From Spirochaetia bacterium (GTDB lineage: Bacteria > Spirochaetota > Spirochaetia > CADAEX01): 64,000 bases of DNA. This document shows, piece after piece, positions 20,137 through 29,110 of the stretch. The stretch covers positions 3,008,001 through 3,072,000 of the forward strand of contig OY759746.1 in the NCBI GenBank assembly GCA_963662795.1, read 5' to 3'. The position numbers were made by a program, and so were the translations under genes. The first letter of the stretch is position 1; each line of letters starts with the position of its first letter. The notes beneath the pieces are model-generated. The model was not told the origin of the DNA, did no database searches, and was given only the letters and a program-made list of their open reading frames with translations.

Positions 20137-21555
20137 ATGAAAAAATCAAAATCACGCGTTGCTTTTTACACACTCGGGTGCAAGCTGAATCAGTTTGAGA
20201 GTGAAGTCCTTGCAGATTCTTTTTTGTCTGCCGGAGCAGATATCGTACCTGTATCAGAAAGCGCCGACATCTATATTATAAATACATGCACGGTAACCTC
20301 AAAAAGCGAGCAGAAGGCACGGAGGATAATAAGAAAAATCTCACGGGACTATCCCGGGGCAGTCGTAGTTGTAACAGGCTGTTATGCGCAGCTTGACCCG
20401 GATAAGATAGAAGATCTTGCTGATAATCTGCTTGTAATACCCCAGGACAAGAAACATCTGCTGCTTAAAAGCACGGAATTGCTTCTTGATTCCTGTATCG
20501 AACCTCAGGATGCGGTACCGCTGCTTAAAGAATTTATCAGGGAAAACACCGGGGTAAAGTCAGCCTCACGATTACAGCTGAAATCACAGCCTCAAACACA
20601 AACAGTGAAACCGGAGGAGAGCAGTTTTTATACTGTCACAAAAGGATTTCAGTTCCATTCCCGCGCATTTCTTAAAATTCAGGACGGCTGCGATAATTTC
20701 TGCAAATACTGCAGGGTTCCTCTTGCCAGAGGCAGATCCAGGAGCCTTGATCCTGACCATGTTATCTCAAATATTATTGATATTGAAAAATCCGGCTACA
20801 ATGAACTTGTTCTTACCGGAGTCAACATCTCTTCCTATAAATCCGGCGGTCTTGACCTGGTTTCCCTGATAGAGAAAATTCTTGCTGGCACGGAAAAGAT
20901 GCGGATACGGTTGTCGTCTCTTGAGCCTGACAGCATAGACGAACGGTACCTTGATATCATAAAAATGGAAAGGATATGCGGCCATTTCCATCTGCCTGTA
21001 CAGTCAGGCTCGGATACCATTCTCTCCGCAATGGGCAGAAAATATAAAAGAGACAAGGTAACAGAAGCTGTATCACTCCTGAGGCAGAAGGGGAATAATC
21101 CTATGATATCAGCTGATGTCATAACAGGATTTCCCGGAGAAACTGATAAGGATTTCGGGGATACATGCGATCTCGTGATTAAAAATGAATTCGCCTATCT
21201 TCATGTATTCCCCTTTTCCCCCCGTCCCGGAACAGCTGCTTTCAGGATGAAAAACCATGTTCCTGAAAGGATTTCAACGGAAAGGGCCGAACACCTTAGA
21301 AATTTATCCGGAAAGCTTTTTGCATCCTATGCATCAAAATGTATAGGGATGAGCGCCTCCGCAATTATCGAGGGAAGGGAAGGGGCTTTAAAAGATGTCT
21401 GGAACGGGATCTCTGATAATTATCTCAAGCTTAAAATAAAAGGTTTTCAGGAAGATAAAGACCCCCTGAAGGGAAGCATAGTCAACTGTGTGATAGAAAA
21501 GCACAGGGAGAATGAAGGAAACAGTTTTGACGCCGGTTTTACTTCTTTCGGCTGA
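20137..21555 (+). CDS. mtaB: tRNA t6A37 methylthiotransferase (radical SAM)
   Basis: TLGCKLNQFE, NTCTVT, GCYAQ, KIQDGCDNFCKYC, HVFPFSPRPGT. Confidence 0.9.
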   Translation: MKKSKSRVAFYTLGCKLNQFESEVLADSFLSAGADIVPVSESADIYIINTCTVTSKSEQKARRIIRKISRDYPGAVVVVTGCYAQLDPDKIEDLADNLLVIPQDKKHLLLKSTELLLDSCIEPQDAVPLLKEFIRENTGVKSASRLQLKSQPQTQTVKPEESSFYTVTKGFQFHSRAFLKIQDGCDNFCKYCRVPLARGRSRSLDPDHVISNIIDIEKSGYNELVLTGVNISSYKSGGLDLVSLIEKILAGTEKMRIRLSSLEPDSIDERYLDIIKMERICGHFHLPVQSGSDTILSAMGRKYKRDKVTEAVSLLRQKGNNPMISADVITGFPGETDKDFGDTCDLVIKNEFAYLHVFPFSPRPGTAAFRMKNHVPERISTERAEHLRNLSGKLFASYASKCIGMSASAIIEGREGALKDVWNGISDNYLKLKIKGFQEDKDPLKGSIVNCVIEKHRENEGNSFDAGFTSFG

Positions 21556-21640
21556 AAAACTCCTTTTTAGTCCGCCTGAATGGTCTCATTCCTTCAGATC
21601 ATAAACAGCAATTTTAAGGTTAAAAAAACTCACCAAATGA

Positions 21641-21669
21641 TTGACAATTTTTTTGAATACTGCTAAATT
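21641..21669 (+). promoter_or_regulatory. Promoter of the tRNA pair
   Basis: TTGACA-17 nt-TAAATT about 20 nt upstream of tRNA-Lys. Confidence 0.6.
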
Positions 21670-21688
21670 GCCAAAGTCCTAATAGACT

Positions 21689-21761
21689 GGGCCGCTAGCT
21701 CAGCTGGTAGAGCAACGCCCTTTTAAGGCGTGGGTCAATGGTTCGAATCCATTGCGGCTCA
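21689..21761 (+). tRNA. tRNA-Lys(UUU)
   Basis: Cloverleaf GGGCCGC/GCGGCTC; anticodon loop CTTTTAA; GGTTCGAATCC; CCA not encoded. Confidence 0.95.
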
Positions 21762-21815
21762 TACAGTACTTGATGGCTTGAATACTTTACTTGAATAATG
21801 CAGGTACTGCTTTAT

Positions 21816-21887
21816 GTCTCCTTCGTCTAGTGGTTAGGACAGTGGGTTTTCATCCCGCCAACAGGGGTTCGACTCCCCTAGGAGATA
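21816..21887 (+). tRNA. tRNA-Glu(UUC)
   Basis: Acceptor GTCTCCT/AGGAGAT; anticodon loop TTTTCAT; GGTTCGACTCC. Confidence 0.95.
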
Positions 21888-21894
21888 GTGATTT

Positions 21895-21930
21895 GGGGAT
21901 TTATCAAAACTGGTAAATCCCCATTTTTTT
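21895..21930 (+). terminator. Terminator of the tRNA pair
   Basis: GGGGATTTATCA-AAAC-TGGTAAATCCCC followed by a T run. Confidence 0.8.
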
Positions 21931-22088
21931 GCCTTCTAATTAGTATTTCAGCCAGAAGATTATTTCATCCCAACATTTTATTAAAATACAATTCGAATAG
22001 ATCCGTAAACTGTTTTCAGTCAATTGATAATCAGCCATTCCAGATTCTATAAGTATATATATTTAAATGATAATTATTTAAAAATAAG

Positions 22089-22132
22089 TTGACAAATAAT
22101 TATTGCCAGGGTTAGAATGAATGATAATCATT
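22089..22132 (+). promoter_or_regulatory. sigma70 promoter with an adjacent palindromic operator (Fur-box-like core)
   Basis: TTGACA (22089)-18 nt-TAGAAT (22113); AATGATAATCATT palindrome at 22120-22132. Confidence 0.55.
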
Positions 22133-22191
22133 TATATTTAAATGATACATGATTGTTTGACATCATGCATTTATCCTCAGAGGTTTGTTTT

Positions 22192-23304
22192 ATGGAAAAA
22201 AAAATGTTGTTTGCTCCTGGACCTGTTATTACTACTGAAAGAGTTAAAACAGCTGCTTTAATACCGGATATTTGCCACCGCAGCAAATATTTTGAAGAAA
22301 TATTATCTGAACTCCGGCCGAAAATACTGAAAATTTACAACTGTGACGATTCATATACTTCCGTAGTTATAAGCGGATCAGGAACCGCATCCAATGAATC
22401 GGTATATTCATCTCTTTGCGGCAGCAGTGATAAAGTATTGCTCATTACAAATGGTGAATTCGGAAACAGATTAAAAGATATTATCGAATGCTACAATATT
22501 AATTACAAAGAGCTGAAATATGAATGGGGAGAATATCCTGATTGTGAAGATATCGAAAAAATCCTGAAAACAGATAAAGAAATAACAATTGTCGGGATGG
22601 TTTGTCATGAGACCAGCACCGGAATAATCAATCCGGTGAAAGATGTTGGAAATTTATGCAAAAAATACAGTAAATTGTTTTTTCTTGATTCAATCAGCGC
22701 CGTCGGCGGAGAATACCTTGATTTCAGTGAGTATAATGTTGATGTGTGTACTGGAGTGCCGAATAAATGTGTCTCAGGGCATCCCGGTACTTCTTTTCTT
22801 GTCTTAAGAAAAAATCTGATACAAAAAGCCTATGATACAAAGCCCCGGAATATCTATTTAAATCTGGGGAGACATATAAAAATCGCTGAAGAAAAAAACC
22901 AGACCCCAAATACTCCTTCGGTAATAATGATTAATGTTTTACTCGAATCAATTAAAGAGCTGCTTGAAGAAGGAGTCGAAAACAGGATCAGAAGATATAA
23001 AAAACTGGCCCGGATAATACGAGATGGATTATCCGAAATGGGACTGGAAATATTTTTAACTGATCCTGCTCAGATGGCAAATACTGTTACAACAGTATAT
23101 CTACCCAAAAAAATACCAATGAATGTGTTTTTAACTGAAATGGAAAATGAAGGGTATGTATTTTACGATGGAAAAGGCGATCTGAAATCAAAAAATCTTT
23201 TTCAGATAGCAAATATGGGAAATCTTGACGAGAAAGACTGCCGCGAAATGTTAAAGGTACTGAAGAAGGTTTTGATAAAAAAATTCAATTATGAAGTTAC
23301 TTGA
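22192..23304 (+). CDS. PLP-dependent class V aminotransferase (AEP-transaminase / serine-pyruvate-like)
   Basis: FAPGP, DICHR, GSGT, NGEFG, HETSTG, LDSIS, PLP lysine in PNKC; ATG 22192 has an AGAGG RBS. Confidence 0.85.
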   Translation: MEKKMLFAPGPVITTERVKTAALIPDICHRSKYFEEILSELRPKILKIYNCDDSYTSVVISGSGTASNESVYSSLCGSSDKVLLITNGEFGNRLKDIIECYNINYKELKYEWGEYPDCEDIEKILKTDKEITIVGMVCHETSTGIINPVKDVGNLCKKYSKLFFLDSISAVGGEYLDFSEYNVDVCTGVPNKCVSGHPGTSFLVLRKNLIQKAYDTKPRNIYLNLGRHIKIAEEKNQTPNTPSVIMINVLLESIKELLEEGVENRIRRYKKLARIIRDGLSEMGLEIFLTDPAQMANTVTTVYLPKKIPMNVFLTEMENEGYVFYDGKGDLKSKNLFQIANMGNLDEKDCREMLKVLKKVLIKKFNYEVT

Positions 23305-23403
23305 TTTTTTGGCTATTAAAATTCTCATGTTTGAGAATTGAAATAAAATAGTTTGGGGGATTTTTATGAAAAAGATTTTTTATTTTTTTACTGGAGGTTT
23401 AAA

Positions 23404-24495
23404 ATGAAAAAAAAGTATCTAAGTCGTCTATTTTTAATTATCGGCATGGCAGCAATTGTAGCTTTTGCGGCTGTAACATTTACCGGCTGCGCCCAGAAAG
23501 CAGGAGGAAGTGAAACAGCACAGACAAAAAAAGATACAATCAAATGGCGCTTGCAGACATATGCCGGTCCATCAATGAATGATGATATTATTGGCAACAA
23601 AATCAAGGAATTTAACAAAATTGCTGACGGAGAGATGGTAATTGAGATGTTCGGAGCTGATCAGCTCGTCCCTCATGGAGAGTTATTTAACGCTGTTCAA
23701 AAAGGTACTATAGATATGGCAGTCAGCGATGATGAATCTATGGGCTCACCGGCGGATGTAGCAGTATTTTCCGCATATTTTCCAGCAGCCGGAAGAATTG
23801 GACTTGATATTGATGTTTTATGGAATCGTTACGGTTTGAATGAAATCTGGAAAGAAGCTTATGATGAGATTGATGGTGTTACCTGGCTTGCTCAGGGTAG
23901 TTGGGACCCTTGTCTTGTAGCTAGCAATAAACCAATTAGAAAAGTAGAAGATCTTAAAGGCTTAAGACTTTTTACTTCTCTTTTTAATGGAAAATTTCTT
24001 GAAGCAGAATATGGTGTTGTTCCTGTTGTAATGCCTGTGGAAGATGTTCAAATGGCACTCCAGACCGGAATGCTTGATGGTGTTACCTGGTCGGGTGCAA
24101 CTGAGCTTTACACAACAGGGATTGCTGATGTTTGTAAATATTTGCTGACCAATCCAATTTCCGGCGCATGGTCCGGGGGTTTCTTTGTAAATACAAAGTC
24201 ATGGGAAGCTGTTCCTGAACGCCTTCAGAGGCTGCTTCTTTTGACAATTGAAAGTTCGAACTATTACAGACTGAACTGGTATTGGTGGGGAGAAGCACGG
24301 TACAGAGCAGAAGGCAGCAAAATGGAGCTTACATCAATTCCTGACAGCCAGTGGACAGGCGTTGAAGTCCAGGCTAATAAATACTGGGATGAATTTTCCA
24401 AGAAAAGCCCAAGGTCAGCAAGAGTTATTGAAGCATTTAAAAAGTACTCAGCTATCAGAGAGAAAGCCGGTGCGCCTTACACCAGCGGTAAGTAA
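23404..24495 (+). CDS. TRAP transporter solute-binding lipoprotein (DctP family)
   Basis: Lipobox FTGC; KWRLQT, ELFNAVQKGTIDM, KPIRKVEDLKGLR, ALQTGMLDG. Confidence 0.9.
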   Translation: MKKKYLSRLFLIIGMAAIVAFAAVTFTGCAQKAGGSETAQTKKDTIKWRLQTYAGPSMNDDIIGNKIKEFNKIADGEMVIEMFGADQLVPHGELFNAVQKGTIDMAVSDDESMGSPADVAVFSAYFPAAGRIGLDIDVLWNRYGLNEIWKEAYDEIDGVTWLAQGSWDPCLVASNKPIRKVEDLKGLRLFTSLFNGKFLEAEYGVVPVVMPVEDVQMALQTGMLDGVTWSGATELYTTGIADVCKYLLTNPISGAWSGGFFVNTKSWEAVPERLQRLLLLTIESSNYYRLNWYWWGEARYRAEGSKMELTSIPDSQWTGVEVQANKYWDEFSKKSPRSARVIEAFKKYSAIREKAGAPYTSGK

Positions 24496-24518
24496 ATAAT
24501 AAGTTGAAAATATTTAAT

Positions 24519-24548
24519 ATCTAATCCTGGAGAGATTCAGGATTAGAT
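24519..24548 (+). other. Intercistronic hairpin after the binding-protein gene (likely mRNA-stabilising)
   Basis: ATCTAATCCTGGA-GAGA-TTCAGGATTAGAT, 13-bp stem with a GNRA loop and no long T run. Confidence 0.55.
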
Positions 24549-24631
24549 TATAACACTGCCTTATTTTATTGCTGTTTATAAGGAATACGGCAGGGATTTT
24601 CAGTAAAACGACAAATGGAGGAGTGGAATTT

Positions 24632-25177
24632 TTGATTAACCCAATAAAAATTTACGTAAAGTCCATGGATTCAATAAGCATCCTGATAGGCAATATTGTA
24701 AAATTCCTTGTTTTGTTAATGATAGCTGTATTGGCTTATGAAGCTGTCTCAAGGAATATTTTTGGTAATTCCAATAAATGGTCTTTGGAGATAACTCAAT
24801 TTATTAACGGAACCTATTATTTGCTGGGCGGAGCTTATGTCTATCTTATAGGCGGGCATGTAAGAATGGATTTTTTTTATGAAAGATGGTCCCGAAGAAA
24901 AAAAGCCATTATCGATATTTGTACTTTTATATTAAGTTTGGCATATCTGACAGGTCTGTTAATTGGAGGGATTTCCAGTTCTTATTATGCGGTAAAATAC
25001 AATCAGACAAATTATTCGGCATGGGGCCCTCCTATAGCCCCAATGAAGATTATTGCTACAATAGGTATAATTTTAATGTTATTACAGAATATATCAGAAC
25101 TTATTAAGGATATCGTAATAGCTTTTGGCAAAGATAGTTCCTGGATAAAGAATTGGAGTATAGATAATGAGTTTTGA
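24632..25177 (+). CDS. TRAP transporter small permease (DctQ)
   Basis: YEAVSR, WSLEI, GGAY, HVRMD; 4 TM; probable TTG start after GGAGG. Confidence 0.85.
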   Translation: MINPIKIYVKSMDSISILIGNIVKFLVLLMIAVLAYEAVSRNIFGNSNKWSLEITQFINGTYYLLGGAYVYLIGGHVRMDFFYERWSRRKKAIIDICTFILSLAYLTGLLIGGISSSYYAVKYNQTNYSAWGPPIAPMKIIATIGIILMLLQNISELIKDIVIAFGKDSSWIKNWSIDNEF

Positions 25178-26486
25178 ATTTATTGCTTTATTAATGTTTC
25201 TTACGATGTTTGTTACACTTTTGTCGGGACGTCATATTTATGCCGTTATAGGCGGAGTCGCGGCTATTTTCTCAATAATACTTTGGGGAACCGGTGGAAT
25301 AGATATGGGGTACCATTCTGCTTTTAAGCTTATAAACTGGTATCCTTTGGTAACGCTGCCGATTTTTGTATTTATAGGGTATTTGTTTTCCGCATCAAAA
25401 ATATCTGAGGATTTGTACCGCCTGATTCATGTTTTAACAGGTCCTCTTAGGGGAGGATTGGCCATTGGTACCATTGTCCTGATGGCAATTATATCGGCAA
25501 TAAATGGTTTAAGTGTAGCAGGTATGAGTGTCGGAAGCAGTGTTGCCCTGCCGGAAATGCTGAAGAAGAATTATGATAAAAAAATGGTAACCGGAGTAAT
25601 TCAGGCGGGGAGCTCTCTTGGTATTCTGATTCCTCCCAGTGTAGTTCTTGTTCTCTATGGAATGATCGCAAGACAACCTGTGGGACATCTCTGGCTGGCA
25701 GGTGTTTTCCCCGGTCTTTTAATGTCTGCTTTATTTGTTCTTTATATTGTAGTCCGGTGCTGGTTTCAGCCGGAACTGGGACCGGTTTTGCCGAGGGAAG
25801 AATGGGATATACCTGTTATGGAAAAGGTAAAAGCTCTCAGGGGCGGATTACTTCCTTTATTTATAATATTGATGATGTCGGGACTTTTTTTACTGGGAGT
25901 AACCAGCCTTGTCGAAAGTTCAGCTATTGGGGCTATCGCAACAATAATTGCAGCAGGAATCAAGAAGCGGTTGAACTGGAAAATACTTAATAGCGTTTTA
26001 ACAAACACATTAAATGTCAGCGGCATGTTTATGTGGGTTGCCATGTCGGCAATGGCCTTTGCTGCAATTTTTGACGGACTTGGAGCTGTTCATGCGATAT
26101 CAACATTGTTTTTGAGTCATGGTTTTGGTCCAATTGGTACGATTATTGCTATGCAGGTTTCATTTTTATTATTAGGCACTTTCCTCGATGATACAGCCAT
26201 GTTGATTATAGTCGCTCCTTTATATATCCCTCTGGTGGTTACTTTAGGTTTTAATCCGATATGGTATGGTGTTCTTTATACGATAACCTGTCAGATAGCG
26301 TATCTTACACCGCCGTTTGGATATAATCTTTTTCTCATGAAGGCGATGGCTCCAAAGGAAATCAGTCTTAGTGATATCTATCGTTCTATTGTTCCTTTTA
26401 TATTTCTCATGATTTTAACGATAGTTATATTAATTATATTTCCGGAAATTGCTACCTGGTTACCTGATTTATATTTTTCGAAATAA
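25167..26486 (+). CDS. TRAP transporter large permease (DctM)
   Basis: LGILIPPS, AGVFPGL, GFNPIWYG, LTPPFGYNLF, FPEIATWLP. Confidence 0.92.
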   Translation: MSFEFIALLMFLTMFVTLLSGRHIYAVIGGVAAIFSIILWGTGGIDMGYHSAFKLINWYPLVTLPIFVFIGYLFSASKISEDLYRLIHVLTGPLRGGLAIGTIVLMAIISAINGLSVAGMSVGSSVALPEMLKKNYDKKMVTGVIQAGSSLGILIPPSVVLVLYGMIARQPVGHLWLAGVFPGLLMSALFVLYIVVRCWFQPELGPVLPREEWDIPVMEKVKALRGGLLPLFIILMMSGLFLLGVTSLVESSAIGAIATIIAAGIKKRLNWKILNSVLTNTLNVSGMFMWVAMSAMAFAAIFDGLGAVHAISTLFLSHGFGPIGTIIAMQVSFLLLGTFLDDTAMLIIVAPLYIPLVVTLGFNPIWYGVLYTITCQIAYLTPPFGYNLFLMKAMAPKEISLSDIYRSIVPFIFLMILTIVILIIFPEIATWLPDLYFSK

Positions 26487-26509
26487 GAGAAATAATATTG
26501 AGAATAAAG

Positions 26510-28009
26510 ATGAACGAATATATTTTATCAATAGACCAGGGAACAACTGCTACAAAAGTGGTCCTCTACACCTTAAATGGGGATATTATGGCAATAAGCA
26601 CTCAGCCTGTTAAGCAGTATTATCCTCAGGACGGATGGGTGGAGCATGATCCCTATAATATCCTTGATTCCATAAAAATTGGAATCAGGGATATATTATG
26701 CAAAACTGAAATAACGAAAGATCAAATACTCGCTATTGGAATAGATAATCAGGGCGAAACAATAATTCCTTTTGATCGAAAAACCGGGGAACCATTATAT
26801 AATGCCATAGTCTGGCAGGATAGAAGGACCAGTCAATTCTGCAACCGGATGAAAGATGTTCTTGATGAAGCAATTATTACAGAAAAGACAGGGTTATTCC
26901 TTGATCCCTATTTTTCAGCACCCAAAATGAACTGGCTGATAAAAAACGTTGATAAAGTGAAAGAATCAATCAATAAAGGAAACGCAGTTATTGCAACATC
27001 GGATGTGTGGTTGTTGTATATGATAACAGGCAGACAATCGATAATGACTGATGTTACAACAGCTTCGAGAACATTATTGTTCAATATCAACGAATTGCAA
27101 TGGGATAATGAACTACTGGAATTATTTGAAATTCCTGAAAATGTGCTGCCGAAAATAGTGCCGTCTTCCTGGTTTTTTGGATTATCTGACCCTTCGGTAT
27201 GCGAAGGAATATCTGCACCTATTCATTCATCTGTGGTAGATCAGCAGGCTTCTCTTTTTGGCCACACGTGTTTTAATAAAGGAGAAGCCAAGATTACTTA
27301 CGGTACAGGAGGATTCCTGTTACTTAACACGGGTAAAGAAAGACTGAAATTAAATGACAGGATTTCTACAACAATTGCAGCTCAATATAATGATGAGATA
27401 AATTATGCCATAGACGGCGGAGTATATTGTGTCGCGTCCTGTATAAACTGGCTTATTAACGAATTGAAAATTGTATCCAGTCCGCAGGAATTAAGTGAGA
27501 TAAAATTTGATTTAAAAAATCCCTGCAGCACCTATTTTGTTCCATCAATGGCCGGTATTTCTGCACCATACTGGAAATCCGACTTGAAAGGAGCTTTTTT
27601 AGGATTATCACTTAATACAGGAGGGAATGATTTAATCAGGGCCATGATAGAGGGTATTGCCTACAGGTTTATGGATCTTGTTGAAATTATCAGAAATAAC
27701 GGGTTCGGGGAAATCTCATCAATATCTGTTGACGGCGGGGTAAGCAGAAATGATTTTCTTATGCAGTACCAGTCTGATCTTCTGGGTGTGAAAATGCAGA
27801 GACCTGCTGTACGTGAAACAACTTCACTGGGTTCTTTTTATCTGGCTGGATTGAAAACCGGAATATGGAATGATGTGAAGTCATTAAAAGAGAAAAAAGT
27901 AGATGAAAAAATATTTATACCGGAAAGTAATAATTCAGAAATAATACAAAACTATATAATATGGCAGAAAGCAGTAAAAGCAATTATTAACTGGCATGAT
28001 AGTTTTTAA
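26510..28009 (+). CDS. FGGY-family, glycerol kinase-like kinase with an altered substrate pocket
   Basis: IDQGTT, GWVEHDP, NAIVWQDRR, LDPYFS, TASRT, DQQA, YGTG, VDGG; DNQGET in place of TNQRET. Confidence 0.85.
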   Translation: MNEYILSIDQGTTATKVVLYTLNGDIMAISTQPVKQYYPQDGWVEHDPYNILDSIKIGIRDILCKTEITKDQILAIGIDNQGETIIPFDRKTGEPLYNAIVWQDRRTSQFCNRMKDVLDEAIITEKTGLFLDPYFSAPKMNWLIKNVDKVKESINKGNAVIATSDVWLLYMITGRQSIMTDVTTASRTLLFNINELQWDNELLELFEIPENVLPKIVPSSWFFGLSDPSVCEGISAPIHSSVVDQQASLFGHTCFNKGEAKITYGTGGFLLLNTGKERLKLNDRISTTIAAQYNDEINYAIDGGVYCVASCINWLINELKIVSSPQELSEIKFDLKNPCSTYFVPSMAGISAPYWKSDLKGAFLGLSLNTGGNDLIRAMIEGIAYRFMDLVEIIRNNGFGEISSISVDGGVSRNDFLMQYQSDLLGVKMQRPAVRETTSLGSFYLAGLKTGIWNDVKSLKEKKVDEKIFIPESNNSEIIQNYIIWQKAVKAIINWHDSF

Positions 28010-28115
28010 ATCTGAATATGCTTTAATAATTTTAACAACCTTTTTATCTGAAAATTCAGGGTTTCAGACTTGGCAACATTTATCAGTTCTATATAATTAC
28101 TGAAGGTTGGGATCT

Positions 28116-29054
28116 ATGAACATCGAACATCTTAAAATTTTTTATTATACTGCGAAATTTAAAAATTTTACTAAAGCTGCTGAATTTTTAAATATTACTC
28201 AACCGTCTGTAACAAGACTGATCTATGAATTCCAGGATAAACTTGGCCTTGTTTTGATTAATAAAAACGGAAAAAGCTTTGTACTGACAGATCCCGGTAA
28301 AAAAATTTATGAAATGGCTGAAAAAATATTTGAAATAGAATTAAAAATTGAAGAATGCGTCAGAGACATAAAACAGCAGAAATCAGGAATTATAAATATA
28401 TTAACAACAGAGACATACGGCGCTCATTTTATGCCGGAATTTCTGGTTGAATACAAGAGGCTGTATCCCGGAATTTTATTAAATGTAACAACCTTGCCCA
28501 ATGATCAGGTAGTTGAACTTACAAGCCATCTTGAATGTGATTTCGGAATTATATCAAAAAAACTTAAAAACCAGAAATTACTTGTAAAAAATCTTCTTGA
28601 GGAAAAAATTGTTCTTATATCGGCGCCTGGTAAACCTCTGGCGAAACGAAAGGAATTAAGCCCTCAGGAAGTAAACAATCTTCCAATTATTTTGTTTGAA
28701 GAAGAATGCGGCACAAACGAAGCTGTCATGAAATTCAAGAAAAAAAATAATCTGGAATTCGATGTAAGATGTATATTTTCCAACAGCGAATCAGTAAAAA
28801 GCCTTGTGAAAAAAGGACTTGGGTACGCGTTTATATCAAGAAATGTTATTAAAAATGAGGTTGCCAGAAATGAACTTGTTGAAATCAACGTACTTGATGA
28901 GACTCTTGTAAGGCAGTTTTATATTATTTATCATAAAGAAAAATATATCTCCAATACATTAAAGACTTTTATTGATATCATGATTGAGTGGTCTGATAAA
29001 TATACAGAAAAAATAAAACAGGAAATAACACGAATTAATTTAAAAAAGTCATAA
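28116..29054 (+). CDS. LysR-family transcriptional regulator
   Basis: NFTKAAEFLNITQPSVT HTH; LTDPGK; VKKGLGYAFIS; own promoter-like TTGGCA-16-TATAAT at 28070-28097. Confidence 0.9.
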   Translation: MNIEHLKIFYYTAKFKNFTKAAEFLNITQPSVTRLIYEFQDKLGLVLINKNGKSFVLTDPGKKIYEMAEKIFEIELKIEECVRDIKQQKSGIINILTTETYGAHFMPEFLVEYKRLYPGILLNVTTLPNDQVVELTSHLECDFGIISKKLKNQKLLVKNLLEEKIVLISAPGKPLAKRKELSPQEVNNLPIILFEEECGTNEAVMKFKKKNNLEFDVRCIFSNSESVKSLVKKGLGYAFISRNVIKNEVARNELVEINVLDETLVRQFYIIYHKEKYISNTLKTFIDIMIEWSDKYTEKIKQEITRINLKKS

Positions 29055-29110
29055 TGAAGCATGAATAGCACTTTTCTGAGTTCCTCAAAATATCTTCATC
29101 AAAAGACCCG

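Noticed and set aside
22192-23304. Calling the aminotransferase phnW and the locus a phosphonate pathway
   Set aside because: No phosphonatase, PEP mutase or C-P lyase genes, and PhnW-specific residues differ.
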